Positions 1-10,498 are shown, numbered from the stretch's first letter. The stretch is 64,000 nt of DNA from Thermoguttaceae bacterium (GCA_035527455.1 DATLAN010000080.1:1425-65424); one strand, 5' to 3'. The notes: a model not told the origin generated them from the sequence alone. Program-made: numbers and translations.

Positions 1-1736
1 CCGATCGAACGGCTGCCCGGGCCGGTGAGCGTCTTGACCGTTCCGTCCTGCAACGGTCCGCCGCGCCGCGGGTCGTACCACTTCACGGCGTACTGGCCCT
101 CCTCGAGCCGCAACTCGGTGGTTCCGCCCTCCGGCAGATAAACGGCGTACGTCTCGCCCGGCAACGCGAAGCAGTAATCGTCTTGGGCCGAGGTCAACTC
201 GTCGTGCGGCTTCATCCGCGGGAAGGGAAGATATTGCTGGAAGAACTCCAGCGCGTAACGGGTCTGGTCCCACATCGTCTCCCGCGAACGCCAGTCCTCG
301 CAATTCAAGTCGTTGTGGGCGAACTTGTAGCCGAAGTACCACTCCGCCCCCGCGCCGCCGGCCATCAAGTTGCCCCAGAGGGCCTGCTTGCGGACGGCGT
401 CGTGATCCGGATCGTCCTTGTCCGGCTTCACGCCCGTATGGGCCGGGCCGATCTCGTCGAGGCAGACGATCCATTTCCGCCCGCTCTCGTCCGACCGCGC
501 GACCCACTTGAGCGTCTCCGCGTGGGTTGCCGCCATGTTGCCCATCTGGAGCGACGGGCCGTGGAACTGCAAATTCCCCAGCAACGGCGTGTAGACCTGG
601 TCGTACTTGCCCGGGAAGGTATGCACCACGATCGGATGATCGTAAGGGTCGCACTGCTCGATGTACCGGCAGAACTCGGCCCGCTGCTGGTCCGTGTTGG
701 TGTTTTCCTCGCCCAGGTTCCACACCAAGGCCAGGTGATGTCCGAATCGGGCGATCAGCTCGCGGTAATAGAGCTTCCGCTCGATGCCCAGTTCGCCGCC
801 GTTGATGAGCTGGTCGTTCTCGGTCTCCTGGGTGATCACGTGCAGCATCAGTCCCTCGCGGTCCATGTGGGAGAAGACAATCTCCCACTGGTCGAGCCTG
901 CTGCAATCGAAGCGGTCCTGCGTCTCGGCGTCGATCCACGGCCAGACGTCCTTCCCGTCGCCGCCGACGTTCATGGTCAGGAAATAGACGCTGTTCATGC
1001 CTTTCGACGCCAGGTAGTTCAGCGCCCCGATGATGTTCTTCCCCTTGTCGCCGCGCCAGGTCGGATCGCCGGGCATCCAATCGCGGGCGTGCGGTTCGTA
1101 CTTGTGCAGGGCCTTGGGCAGAGCCTCGCCCTGGCGGGCTTGCTTGGTCGGGCCGCCCGTGGTGCCGTCGAAATCCACATAGGCGAGGAAGTTTTCCGGA
1201 CTGTCGGCCCCGCCTTTGAGAAAGAACTCGCCGGTCTCGGCGAACTGGAGATAGTGCTCGCCCACGTACCGCAGCCGCCCCTTGGCCCGATGGTCGCGGC
1301 CGGTCTTGTCGCTCGGCGCGACGGTGAAGCTGCCCGCGGCGCCGTCGAAGGCCGTCGGTTCGCCGGCTTGCGGATCCGTGCCGGCGGCCACGTCCGGTCC
1401 GGTGCGGAACGACGCCTTGTAGTGCCACTCTCCGGGCCGGTCGGGCGTGAAGTGCACGCGCCAGCACCCGCCCTTTTCCGCGCCGCTTTCGGCCGCGTTG
1501 CCGTCGGCCGCGTAGAAGCCCGGCACCACGTACGCGTCGGCGTATTGGAAGAACGTCACGCCGAGGCGGTAGTCGCGAAACGGATTCGGGTCGGCCGTCT
1601 CGCCGGCCTGCGGTCCTTGGAACGTGATGGTGACGCGATGCCACTGTTTCAATTCACCCGAAACGGTGCCCGATTCCTCCGGGGCCGCGACAGTCAGCGT
1701 GGTTGAAAGGACGATCAGGGCTAGGGAGTTGGTCAT
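1..1736 (-). CDS. DUF5060-domain glycoside-hydrolase-like secreted protein (C-terminus beyond window edge)
   Basis: Minus-strand frame is open from ATG 1736 (GGAGA upstream) to the window edge; it is absent from the ORF track because it has no stop in the window. N-terminus MTNSLALIVLSTTLTVAAP looks like a signal peptide. It is followed by GELKQWHRVTITFQGP..NPFRDYRL..VPGFYAADGNAAESGAEKGGCWRVHFTPDRPGEWHY, which I recognise as the DUF5060 module that precedes GH5-like barrels. Confidence 0.75.
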   Translation of the reverse strand, partial: MTNSLALIVLSTTLTVAAPEESGTVSGELKQWHRVTITFQGPQAGETADPNPFRDYRLGVTFFQYADAYVVPGFYAADGNAAESGAEKGGCWRVHFTPDRPGEWHYKASFRTGPDVAAGTDPQAGEPTAFDGAAGSFTVAPSDKTGRDHRAKGRLRYVGEHYLQFAETGEFFLKGGADSPENFLAYVDFDGTTGGPTKQARQGEALPKALHKYEPHARDWMPGDPTWRGDKGKNIIGALNYLASKGMNSVYFLTMNVGGDGKDVWPWIDAETQDRFDCSRLDQWEIVFSHMDREGLMLHVITQETENDQLINGGELGIERKLYYRELIARFGHHLALVWNLGEENTNTDQQRAEFCRYIEQCDPYDHPIVVHTFPGKYDQVYTPLLGNLQFHGPSLQMGNMAATHAETLKWVARSDESGRKWIVCLDEIGPAHTGVKPDKDDPDHDAVRKQALWGNLMAGGAGAEWYFGYKFAHNDLNCEDWRSRETMWDQTRYALEFFQQYLPFPRMKPHDELTSAQDDYCFALPGETYAVYLPEGGTTELRLEEGQYAVKWYDPRRGGPLQDGTVKTLTGPGSRSI

Positions 1737-1843
1737 AGTGTGATTCTCCTGTCACGTTTCAAGTGTTGGTGCATGGTCCGATCAAGTTTTTCCGACTGAA
1801 GCATATCTGGTGTCTGCGTATCTGTTTATCTGCATATCTGCTG

Positions 1844-1961
1844 CAAGGAAGTATCGGTGTCTCTTCTCTGTTGCCGGACGGGTCAAAACGTCGGAAAGCA
1901 TTCGGGCTTGCCGGAAACTCATGAAGAGAGAAGAGGCACCGGTACTTCGGCTGTGTGGTCG
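1844..1961. repeat. MITE-like ~118-bp element, family C, copy 1
   Basis: Terminal inverted repeats GGAAGTAyCGGTGyCTCTTCTCTGT / AGAGAAGAGGCACCGGTACTTC. Alignable over its full length with 23101..23218. Confidence 0.7.
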
Positions 1962-2187
1962 TGTACGTGAATCTAGGATGAACCTCCGATCGTTCGTATT
2001 GTGTCTTGCCCCACTTGCCCTGTAAATACTCGCCCCCCGGTGGAACGACTGCGGTTCCGATGCGTCTGGACCCGTGGCTGCACTGTGATTATCATGGCTC
2101 TCCATGCGTTCCCACCCGCCGGCAACCACTGAAATCCTACCCTGTGGCGGCCGCCCGTTTCGCACACTCGCCTTTTGAGATTGCCCC

Positions 2188-5100
2188 ATGAAGAGACCCC
2201 GCTGGTGCCGGTTCGTGTCGCCGCTGGCATGGCTCGTGCTGACGATTCCGTGTTTTTCCGCCGAGGACGACTGGGACGAGGACGAAGAGTGGGTGCAGCT
2301 TCCCTTCGGCCTTTCGGCCACGTATCAAGCGCCCGACGGCAAGCCGCTGGTTACGCGAATGGAGCCGGTGCCGCGTTTGTTCGGCGACGCGGGCGGTTCG
2401 GCCCATCCGAGAGTTTCCGCCGACGGATTCCAGGTGACGTGGAAGGGACGCCTGCTGGTGCCCTACGACGGCAACTACACGTTTTGGCTCGACCGTTGCT
2501 CGCTGGGCGATCTGAAGTTCACGCTTTACGGCGATCCGGTGCGACCAGGCGAGCCGGTCGAACTGGAGTTCGGCAACGTCCCGCTGGAAATCTCCGGCGT
2601 GCAGCGCGGCAATCGGGGCGAGTTCCAATTGGCCTGGCAAAACGAGCGATTCGACAGGGAGATCATCCATCCGCGATTCTTCGGCCACGCTCCCAAAACG
2701 GGCGTCACGCCCGGCGTGGTCGAGCAGGCGTTGGAGGACTCCGGCGCGGCGCTGGCCGAGTCGTTCGGCTGCTTTCGCTGCCACCAGGGTCCCGAGGCGT
2801 GGATCGGTTCGCTGGCCGCCGACATCGAGCCGGCGGTGCTCCTGCCCGGCCCAAGGCTGAGCGCGACGGCCCAGCGGGTGCATCGTGCCTGGCTGACAAA
2901 CTACTTGACCGATCCGCCGGCCAATCGCCCGGGCACGCGGATGCCCGGCCAGTTCGTCGACGGCAGCGGGATGGACAAAGCGGCGTTGGAAACGATCGTG
3001 GCCTTTCTCGGCAGCGGTCAATCGGCCGACGTCGCGGCGGCGAAGGCCGACGGCTCGGTCGAGAAAGGCAAAGAACTGTTCGACGCCGCCGGGTGCGCCG
3101 CCTGTCACGCGCCGCCCGAAGGTTCGATCGTCGAGCGGGGCGTGCCGCTGCGGATTCCGTTGCTGGACCGCCTGGCGGAGAAGTGGACCGTTTCCGGTCT
3201 GGCGGCCTTTCTGCAGACTCCGTTGAATTCCCGCCCGCACGGCCGGATGCCCGATTTCGCCCTTGCCGACGGCGACGCCCGCGATCTGGTTGCGTACCTG
3301 TTGCAGCGAGAGGGCGCCGGCAAGGCCCCGCGGTTCGTCGAACTGCCTCGGCCGAAGCAACCCGTCGAAGCCGAGCCGCAAAGCCTGGTCGACCCCGACG
3401 ACTGCCTCGTGTTGCTGGGCCTGGACGAGGCCTCCGGCAAGCTGACCGACGAGTCGGGCAACGACCACCACGGCAGGGTCTCCGGCAAGTTGGTGTATGG
3501 CCGCCCGGGACACGACGGCGGCGCCTTGGGTTTCGACGGGCAGGGCGGCCACGTGGTGATCGAGGGATCGGCGAAATTCGACACCCACCGCGACTTCACG
3601 TGGTCGGCCTGGATCAACACGACGAAAGACGGTTCGATCATGGCCCGCTGCCGCGAGCAGGGCGGTTGGGTGCAGGGCGGCAAGACGCTCTTCGTCCGCG
3701 GCGGAAAGCTTAGTTTCGACGTCGGCTGGGTCTCCGCCGTCACGTCGAAAACCCCCGTGGCCGACGGCACGTGGCACCAGGTGGCCGTGACCGCGAAGTT
3801 CAACGCGCAGGGCGTCAACGACACGGTCACGCTGTATATCGACGGCAAACCCGACGTCGTCAAGGACGACTGGGACATCGAAAAGTACGCCGAAGGGAAC
3901 GACTTCGTGCTGAAAATCGGCTGGACCAGCACGAGTTTTCCCCAGAGCCGTTCGTTCGACGGGCTGATCGACGGCGTGAGTGCTTGGAGCCGGGTGTTGG
4001 ACGAGAGCGAACTGGCCACGGCCGGCCAGGGCGAGTCGCACCTTGCGCAGACCGAGGCCGCGCTCTTTACGCCCGAACAGTTGAAGGTCCAGTGGATTGC
4101 CTTGGGCGAAGATCCCGCTGCCTTCGACGAGATGAAACCCGGCATGCGGCTCCGCGCCGTGGCGTTGCGGTACATGGCGGCCAAGGGTTGCATCGACTGC
4201 CACGAAGCCCCGGGACAAGCGAGCTTGGGCGGCCAACGAACGGCCAACGGCGGACCGGAACTCGACGTCGCCACGCAACCGGCCGCCGCCGGGCCGCTGG
4301 GGAACCTGCCGGCCGGGCGGCTCGGCAGCGGCTGTTTGGCCACCGGCTCCTCCCGCGGTAAGGCGCCGCAGTTCGACTTCTCCGAAGATGAACGGTCGGC
4401 CCTTTCGGCCTACGTGCGTTCCTTGGGTGTGCGCACGTCGCCCTCGCTTGCCGAGAGCCTGGCGCTGGAAATGAAGCTGTTGAATTGCGTGGCCTGTCAC
4501 GACGACGAGGGCTACGGCGGCGAGCCGCTGACGGCCCTGTTGGGCGGCCAGCAGGAGGCCCAGTTCATCCTGCCGCCGTCGTTGACCGGGGTGGCCGAGC
4601 GGATGTTGCCCGAGCGGCTCGACGAGTATCTACGCGACGGCACCCGGTTCCGTCGGCTGCGTCCGTGGATCGGCGCCAGGATGCCCGGCTTCGGCGTCCG
4701 CGGCGGGCGACTGGCTCAGAACCTTTGCGTCCGCGACGGGGCGAGTCTGCCGCCGCCGCCGGGCAACCAACCGAAAGTGGACAACACGGCCGTCCCGCAG
4801 AGCCAAATCGAATTGGGCCGCTTGCTGGTCAGCAGCAAGGGACTGACCTGCATGAACTGCCACGCCATGAACGGCCAGCAGCCCAGCGGCGAGGTGGACC
4901 CCACCACGCGTTCGCCCGACCTGGCGCTGGCGACCGGGCATATCCGGCCGGACTATTTCCGCCGGCTGCTGCGCGATCCCGAGCGTATTTTCCCCGGCAC
5001 CAAGATGCCCATGATCATTCCCCGCGACGAGCCGGCCCCCGTGCCCGCGCTGGCCGAACTGCCCACGGAGATGCTGATCCAGTCGCTCTGGAGCTACATG

Positions 5101-7398
5101 TCGTTGGGCGAGCAGGCCCCGACGCCGCTGGATGAAGATCCGACGCAGGCCCTGCCCAATCTGTTGCGGGTTTACGTGCAGCGCGGGCCGACGTTCGCGG
5201 GCAAGCAGTTGTTCGGGCGGGGGATCTCCTGCGGCTTCCCGACCGGAACGCTCCTGTTCGACGCCGATACGCTCGAACCGGGCGCGATCTGGACGGAAGG
5301 ATTCCTCACCCGCGTGCCGACGAACTACTTCGGCCTCAACTGGCGCGTGCCCGGCAAGCACGAATTGCTCAACGACGGGCAACATTCGCTGGCCTATCAA
5401 GCGGCCGAGGGAAGGCCGTGGGAAATCGCTCCGCGACCGTTGGACTCCGATCCGAACACCGGCTCGCGATTCGACGGCTACACGATCGGGCGGACGGAGA
5501 TCGCGCTGCGCTACCGGTTGTTGCTCGGCGGCCGGCAAGTGCCCGTGAGCGACACGCTGCGGGTCGATCACCGCGACGCGTGGTACGGGTTCGTGCGGAA
5601 GCTGGCCATCGCGGGACTTCCAGGCGGATCGCGGATCGCTCCGACCCTGCCCAACGGCGAGCGTCACGAGTTCTTCAGCGCCGCCGGCGAAAAGGTCGAG
5701 CAGCCGGGCAACGTTCAACAGGCCCCGCTGGTCGTCTATCGCAGCGGCAGAGAGGTCCATGCCATCCGCGTGGAGGCCCCGCCCGGCTCGACGTGGCTCG
5801 TTGAGGAGGGCGTGGTTCGCGTGGTTTCGCCGGCGGTGACAAGCAGCAAACCGGTCTCCTTCCGCATCGACCGCTGGACGTACAACGCGCCCGATGCGCA
5901 GCCCACGGCCGAAGAATTGGCCTCGCTCTGCGATCCGGCGCTCTTGGAACCGGAGCCGCTGCCGGAGGTTGTCGCCGACGCAAAACCCGCGGAGAAGCCC
6001 GAGGAGAAACCCGAGGAGAAGACGGAACCGGCAGCCGTGGCGGCATCGCCCGTTTCCGCGGAGTCGGAAGAGCCGTTCAGCTACAAGTTCGACGCGATTC
6101 CCGCCCCGCCTCAAGGCTGGCGCCCCAGCGGCTCGGCGTTCACCGCCGACGGGATGATCTACGCCTGCGGGTTGACCGAGGGGCGCGTCTATCGGACGAA
6201 GGTTCCGCCCGTGCCCGTGCCGGAGGACTTCCGCTGGCAACTCTACGCCACGGGTTTGAACGTATCGACGGGCATGAACGCGATCGGCAATCGGGTGTTC
6301 GTCGCCCATCGGCCGGAGACCACCGAACTGATCGACTCCGACGGCGACGGCACCGTGGAGACTTTTCGCACGGTCACCGGACCCTGGTCGCTGAAGGACG
6401 GCTTCCACGAGTACAACTTCGGCCTGGCCGTCGATCCGGACAACCACATGTTCAGCGCCATGAACAACGGGTATTTCTGGTCCTACGGCGGGCCGACCAA
6501 TCGCGGCCGGTTCCGAAGCTCGGTGCTGCGATACACGGTCGACGGCCGCACCGAGGAGTGGGGCCGCGGATGCCGAGTGCCGAACACCATCACCTGCGGA
6601 CCCGACGGACAAGCCTTCTTCGTCGACAACCAGGGCGACTGGATCCAGGTCTGCAAACTGGTCCACTGCCGCAAGGGCCTTTTCTACGGACACCCGGAAA
6701 CCGAAGACGAGTTCCTGCCCGAGGGCGAAGTCCCCGACGGCCTGCCCGCCATCTGGATCCCGTACACCGTGGTCCGCAGCGCCGCCGCGCTCTGTTACGA
6801 CGACACGGGCGGAAGGTTCGGCCCCTTCACCGGGCAGATGTTCACCGGCGATTGCGGATACGGACAGAGCGTGAACATCATGCGGATGGCCCTGGAGCAG
6901 GTCGACGGCGTCTATCAGGGTGCCGCGTTTCGGTTCATCGACGGGCCTCCCCGCGGACCCGAGCACGCGGCCTTCGGACCCGACGGGCACATGTACATTT
7001 CCTGCCTGACCGACGGGCTGATTCGGCTCCGCTACGGGGGCAAGGTGCCCATGGAAATCCACCACGTCGACCTGCGCCGCGACAACCGGGGCTTCGTATT
7101 GCACTTCACCAGGCCGGTCCATCCCGATGCCGAAGTCACCCCGCAGACGATCCGCGCCCGGCGATGGTACTATCCTTACGGCATCCGCTACGGATCGCCG
7201 CGTTTCGAGGAGGTGGACGTGCCGATCGAGCAGGCGGAACTCTCGGCCGATCGCAGGTCGATCGACGTGACGCTGCCGATCAAGACGTACAAGAATTGCA
7301 TGGTCTACTACTTCAACGTCGGCAAGCTGCCCTCGGCCGACGGCGAGCCGGTCGAGCACCCCGAGGCCTGGTACACGATCCAACGCCTCTGGAAGTAA
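2188..7398 (+). CDS. Giant secreted multi-haem cytochrome c / LamG / beta-propeller protein (planctomycete membrane-bound-dehydrogenase type)
   Basis: 1736-aa ORF with an N-terminal signal-like segment and five CxxCH motifs (CFRCH, CAACH, CIDCH, CVACH, CMNCH). A PA14-like stretch (NYTFWLDRCSLGDLKFTLYG), a LamG/ConA-like stretch (FTWSAWINTTKDGSIMA..LYIDGK) and a PAEKPEEKPEEK linker are present. The C-terminal ~550 aa look like a propeller. Confidence 0.9.
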   Translation: MKRPRWCRFVSPLAWLVLTIPCFSAEDDWDEDEEWVQLPFGLSATYQAPDGKPLVTRMEPVPRLFGDAGGSAHPRVSADGFQVTWKGRLLVPYDGNYTFWLDRCSLGDLKFTLYGDPVRPGEPVELEFGNVPLEISGVQRGNRGEFQLAWQNERFDREIIHPRFFGHAPKTGVTPGVVEQALEDSGAALAESFGCFRCHQGPEAWIGSLAADIEPAVLLPGPRLSATAQRVHRAWLTNYLTDPPANRPGTRMPGQFVDGSGMDKAALETIVAFLGSGQSADVAAAKADGSVEKGKELFDAAGCAACHAPPEGSIVERGVPLRIPLLDRLAEKWTVSGLAAFLQTPLNSRPHGRMPDFALADGDARDLVAYLLQREGAGKAPRFVELPRPKQPVEAEPQSLVDPDDCLVLLGLDEASGKLTDESGNDHHGRVSGKLVYGRPGHDGGALGFDGQGGHVVIEGSAKFDTHRDFTWSAWINTTKDGSIMARCREQGGWVQGGKTLFVRGGKLSFDVGWVSAVTSKTPVADGTWHQVAVTAKFNAQGVNDTVTLYIDGKPDVVKDDWDIEKYAEGNDFVLKIGWTSTSFPQSRSFDGLIDGVSAWSRVLDESELATAGQGESHLAQTEAALFTPEQLKVQWIALGEDPAAFDEMKPGMRLRAVALRYMAAKGCIDCHEAPGQASLGGQRTANGGPELDVATQPAAAGPLGNLPAGRLGSGCLATGSSRGKAPQFDFSEDERSALSAYVRSLGVRTSPSLAESLALEMKLLNCVACHDDEGYGGEPLTALLGGQQEAQFILPPSLTGVAERMLPERLDEYLRDGTRFRRLRPWIGARMPGFGVRGGRLAQNLCVRDGASLPPPPGNQPKVDNTAVPQSQIELGRLLVSSKGLTCMNCHAMNGQQPSGEVDPTTRSPDLALATGHIRPDYFRRLLRDPERIFPGTKMPMIIPRDEPAPVPALAELPTEMLIQSLWSYMSLGEQAPTPLDEDPTQALPNLLRVYVQRGPTFAGKQLFGRGISCGFPTGTLLFDADTLEPGAIWTEGFLTRVPTNYFGLNWRVPGKHELLNDGQHSLAYQAAEGRPWEIAPRPLDSDPNTGSRFDGYTIGRTEIALRYRLLLGGRQVPVSDTLRVDHRDAWYGFVRKLAIAGLPGGSRIAPTLPNGERHEFFSAAGEKVEQPGNVQQAPLVVYRSGREVHAIRVEAPPGSTWLVEEGVVRVVSPAVTSSKPVSFRIDRWTYNAPDAQPTAEELASLCDPALLEPEPLPEVVADAKPAEKPEEKPEEKTEPAAVAASPVSAESEEPFSYKFDAIPAPPQGWRPSGSAFTADGMIYACGLTEGRVYRTKVPPVPVPEDFRWQLYATGLNVSTGMNAIGNRVFVAHRPETTELIDSDGDGTVETFRTVTGPWSLKDGFHEYNFGLAVDPDNHMFSAMNNGYFWSYGGPTNRGRFRSSVLRYTVDGRTEEWGRGCRVPNTITCGPDGQAFFVDNQGDWIQVCKLVHCRKGLFYGHPETEDEFLPEGEVPDGLPAIWIPYTVVRSAAALCYDDTGGRFGPFTGQMFTGDCGYGQSVNIMRMALEQVDGVYQGAAFRFIDGPPRGPEHAAFGPDGHMYISCLTDGLIRLRYGGKVPMEIHHVDLRRDNRGFVLHFTRPVHPDAEVTPQTIRARRWYYPYGIRYGSPRFEEVDVPIEQAELSADRRSIDVTLPIKTYKNCMVYYFNVGKLPSADGEPVEHPEAWYTIQRLWK

Positions 7399-7418
7399 GC
7401 CGCTTGCGGATTGGCAAC

Positions 7419-8915
7419 CTACGTTCCGCCCGCGCCGCGCAGCCGCTCGATGATCCGGCTGGTCGAATAGGTCCCCTTCATCGGCACCAGCACCACCCGG
7501 CCGCCGTGCCGCCCGACGATCTCGTGCCCGACGACCTGCTCGGGCGTGTACTCGGCGGCTTTGACCAGCACGTCGGGCAGGACCTGCTCGATCAGGCCGG
7601 CTACGCTTTCGTCGTCGAAGAGCACCACGTAATCGACGCAGGCCAACGCACAGAGCATCTCCGCCCGGCCCTGCTGGTCGACGATCGGATGGCCGGGCCC
7701 CTTGAGCCGCCGGATGCTTCGATCGCTGTTCAGTCCCACCACCAGCAGGTCGCCGTGCGTGCGGGCCTCCTGTAATGAGGCGACGTGGCCGGGATGCAGC
7801 AGATCGAAGCAGCCGTTGGTCATCGCGACCTGCTCGCCCCGTTGTCGGCGGCGGCGGAGTTCGGCCTGGAGCCGTTCGATCGAGACCAGCTTCTTGCCCG
7901 GGTCGTAAACGTCGCCGGCGTGTCCGAGACGCGACAGCTCGTCCAACAACTCGCCCCGTGAGATGGGCACCACGCCGAGCCGCTCGACTTGCAGCCCGCC
8001 GGCCAGGTTGGCCAATTCGACCGAAGTCGGCCAGTCGGCTCCCACGGCGCGGCAATATCCCAACGCACTGAGGACCATGTCGCCGGCGCCGGTGATGTCG
8101 TAGACCTGGCGCGGCCGGATGGGAAACAAGCGGGCGTTGCCTTGACCGTCGGCCAACGCGATCCCGTCGCGGTCGAGCGTGACCACGGCCGCCTGGACGC
8201 CGAAATCGAGCATCTTCCGCGCCGCGGCCAGCCCGTCTTCCGGCGTGGCGATCGTCATGCCCAGGGCCTGCGATGCCTCGGTGCGGTTGGGCGTGACGCA
8301 GGCGCATCCGGCGTAGCGAGCGAAATCGGCCCCGCGGACCGGATCGGCGATCACCGGCACGCCGGCCGCCTTGGCCAACTCGACCACCCGCGGGATGAAC
8401 CGCCCGGCACAGACGCCCTTGTCGTAGTCGCTGACCAGGACCAGGTCGACCCGATCGAGCGCGTGGCGGATCGAGGCGATCAACCGTTCGGCCAACTCGG
8501 CGTCGATCGGTCCGTTCTGCTCGCGATCCACGCGGATCATCTGCTGCGGGTGCTTGCTGTGGGTGCGTCCGAGCATCCGTTCCTTGACCGTGGTCGAACG
8601 ACCCGCGGCGGTCAGGACCGACGAGGTTTCGACACGGATCTCCGCCAACAGCTCGCGTACGATCTGTCCTTCCGGATCGTCGCCGGCGGCGGTCACCATG
8701 ACCACCTCGGCCTCCATGGCCGCGAGCATGGCCGCCACGCTGCCCGCTCCGCCGAGGCGGTGCTCCTCTTTGCCCACGCGAAGCACGGGGATCGGCGCCT
8801 CCGGGCTGATCCGTTCGACGTCGCCGAAGAGATACCGATCGAGCATCACGTCGCCGACCACGAGGATCCGCGGCGAGTCGGGTCGCGTGAGCAGGGAGAT
8901 CAGTGGGCGGGACAT
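7419..8915 (-). CDS. hldE: Bifunctional D-beta-D-heptose 7-phosphate kinase / heptose 1-phosphate adenylyltransferase
   Basis: Trimmed from ORF 7419..10076 to ATG 8915 (MSRPLISLL.., in frame). Ribokinase-like N-half (ILVVGDVMLDRY, DITGAGD) and cytidylyltransferase C-half (TNGCFDLLHPGH). Confidence 0.93.
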   Translation of the reverse strand: MSRPLISLLTRPDSPRILVVGDVMLDRYLFGDVERISPEAPIPVLRVGKEEHRLGGAGSVAAMLAAMEAEVVMVTAAGDDPEGQIVRELLAEIRVETSSVLTAAGRSTTVKERMLGRTHSKHPQQMIRVDREQNGPIDAELAERLIASIRHALDRVDLVLVSDYDKGVCAGRFIPRVVELAKAAGVPVIADPVRGADFARYAGCACVTPNRTEASQALGMTIATPEDGLAAARKMLDFGVQAAVVTLDRDGIALADGQGNARLFPIRPRQVYDITGAGDMVLSALGYCRAVGADWPTSVELANLAGGLQVERLGVVPISRGELLDELSRLGHAGDVYDPGKKLVSIERLQAELRRRRQRGEQVAMTNGCFDLLHPGHVASLQEARTHGDLLVVGLNSDRSIRRLKGPGHPIVDQQGRAEMLCALACVDYVVLFDDESVAGLIEQVLPDVLVKAAEYTPEQVVGHEIVGRHGGRVVLVPMKGTYSTSRIIERLRGAGGT

Positions 8916-9097
8916 GGTCAGCGTGCGTGAAAGGCGTATCGAACGAGGGAGTGGTTTGCCGCGGATTGTACCACACGGGCCTCGCGGGCGTCGATGGCGG
9001 TTGAGAGCGGGGTGCCCGGGTTCGCGTGTCGCGTGGGCGAGGTTTTCGGCGGATTGTAGGGAAGCGTGCGAAGCCGCGAGCGGCTGGGGCGAAGCGG

Positions 9098-10498
9098 CTA
9101 GTGGAGTTCCAGGATATACGCGCGCCAGTCGCGCTCGAACTCCCCAAGCGGCAGGTCGACCAGCTTCTCGAAACGTTCTTTGGGAGCCGCCGTTGCGGCC
9201 GATCGCCCGACGTAACGATCCAGCGCGGGGCTGCCCAGCAGGCGCTTCTCGAAGGTCAGATAGTAAGCCAGCCCCCAGGAATAGACGTAACGTCGATCGG
9301 CATCGGCGGCGAGGAACGCCCGGCCGTCGGCACCCAGCAGGTCGGCCAGCGGGAGCGGCTGGGGGCCTTTGAGGTCGGTTTTCAGCCGTTCCAGCGCGGC
9401 CCGGTTGGGGGCGTCGACGCGCAACGTGCCCGACTCCAAGAGCCCTTCCTCCAACATCACCGCCAGCCCCTCGTCGAGCCAGCGCGGCACGTCGTACTGC
9501 TGGTGCGGGTAGACGTAGTTTTCCAGGTAGGCGTGGAACGCCTCGTGGTAGAGCCGGGCGAACATCTGCCGGGTCACCCGATCGAAGGTCTGGGCGTTTT
9601 GGCGTTCGAAGACGACGATCCGGGCGCGCAACGCCTGGATTTCTTGTTCGAACTCGGCCCGCTTGATCCTCAACAGTCTCGCCGCTTCCTGCCGGGGAGT
9701 GCCGACGGCCTGCAATTGTCGGGCAACTTGGGCAAGCCGGTTGGGCAACTGTTTCTCCAATGCTTCGAGTTCTGCGAGGACCTTGTCGTGCTGGGCCTGG
9801 ATCTCGGCCAACAGGGCGGCAAATCGGGCCAACTCGCTGCCGGCGATCACCAGGTTTTCGTCCTTGAGGAAACAGGCCGGAGAGTCGACGGTAATGCCCC
9901 GCTTGGAGAGGTACGATTGATACTCGGGCAGCGATCCGAATACCACCAGCCGCAACAGGCGCTGCGAGTCGGTCCGCGGCGCGACGATCTGCCGGAATGC
10001 CGTGAAGACCTGGTCCACGCGAACGATGATCCGACGCGTGATGGATTCCTCCAGGTTGCTGTCCAGGGTGAACCACTTGCCGCGGTAGTGGTGGAAGTAG
10101 GCTCCGTCCCTGGCCACCTGGCCCAGGGAGATCGCGTCCTCCCGGCCCTTTTCGATCTCGGCGCGATAGATGAACTGGTCAACCTGCTGCCGCAGTTCCT
10201 CCCGCTGTCGGGCGTCCTCCAAGCGGACGACTCGGGCGACCGCACTTTGGGCGATCGTGTGAATCACCAGGTGCATCGGCTTGCCGTTGGTCCGCCGGAT
10301 CTGGATCAGGCGAACCCAACCTTCGTCTTCCGATTCGATCAGCCCCTCGTACTGCCGGCCGTCCTTCAACTCGACGCGTTCCATCGGCCACGACAAGTGG
10401 AGGGAGACAGAACACACCGTCACCGGGGGAGGCTGACCTGCCACGGAAGTACACCATCCGCCCAGCAAGAGAGCGGTGACCAAAAGAGTACGATTCAT
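9098..10498 (-). CDS. DUF1570-family secreted protein (MA-clan peptidase-like, HEAFH motif)
   Basis: 466-aa ORF with a signal peptide (MNRTLLVTALLLGGWCTSVAG), a coiled-coil middle and YHEAFHAYLENY..WLDEGLA typical of DUF1570. Confidence 0.85.
   Translation of the reverse strand: MNRTLLVTALLLGGWCTSVAGQPPPVTVCSVSLHLSWPMERVELKDGRQYEGLIESEDEGWVRLIQIRRTNGKPMHLVIHTIAQSAVARVVRLEDARQREELRQQVDQFIYRAEIEKGREDAISLGQVARDGAYFHHYRGKWFTLDSNLEESITRRIIVRVDQVFTAFRQIVAPRTDSQRLLRLVVFGSLPEYQSYLSKRGITVDSPACFLKDENLVIAGSELARFAALLAEIQAQHDKVLAELEALEKQLPNRLAQVARQLQAVGTPRQEAARLLRIKRAEFEQEIQALRARIVVFERQNAQTFDRVTRQMFARLYHEAFHAYLENYVYPHQQYDVPRWLDEGLAVMLEEGLLESGTLRVDAPNRAALERLKTDLKGPQPLPLADLLGADGRAFLAADADRRYVYSWGLAYYLTFEKRLLGSPALDRYVGRSAATAAPKERFEKLVDLPLGEFERDWRAYILELH

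Noticed and set aside
183-1706. Long ORFs on the strand opposite to recognisable genes. Examples: 183..1706(+), 2137..4500(-), 4630..9147(-), 14207..16540(-), 16336..18348(-), 19625..21958(+), 21848..22900(-), 25405..26550(-), 32998..34767(-), 40310..41668(-), 60397..62157(-).
   Set aside because: Their products are Arg/Gly/Ala/Pro-rich and low in complexity, with no motifs. They overlap genes with clear family signatures on the other strand. Such stop-free antisense frames are expected in high-GC DNA.
8916-10076. N-terminal over-extensions of tracked ORFs: 7419..10076, 23574..25391, 31808..33157, 32980..34752, 35035..35991, 48578..50680, 57816..59825, 60879..63134.
   Set aside because: The family-conserved N-termini, signal peptides and Shine-Dalgarno sequences indicate internal starts. 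The extensions overlap neighbouring genes, the tRNA or repeats.
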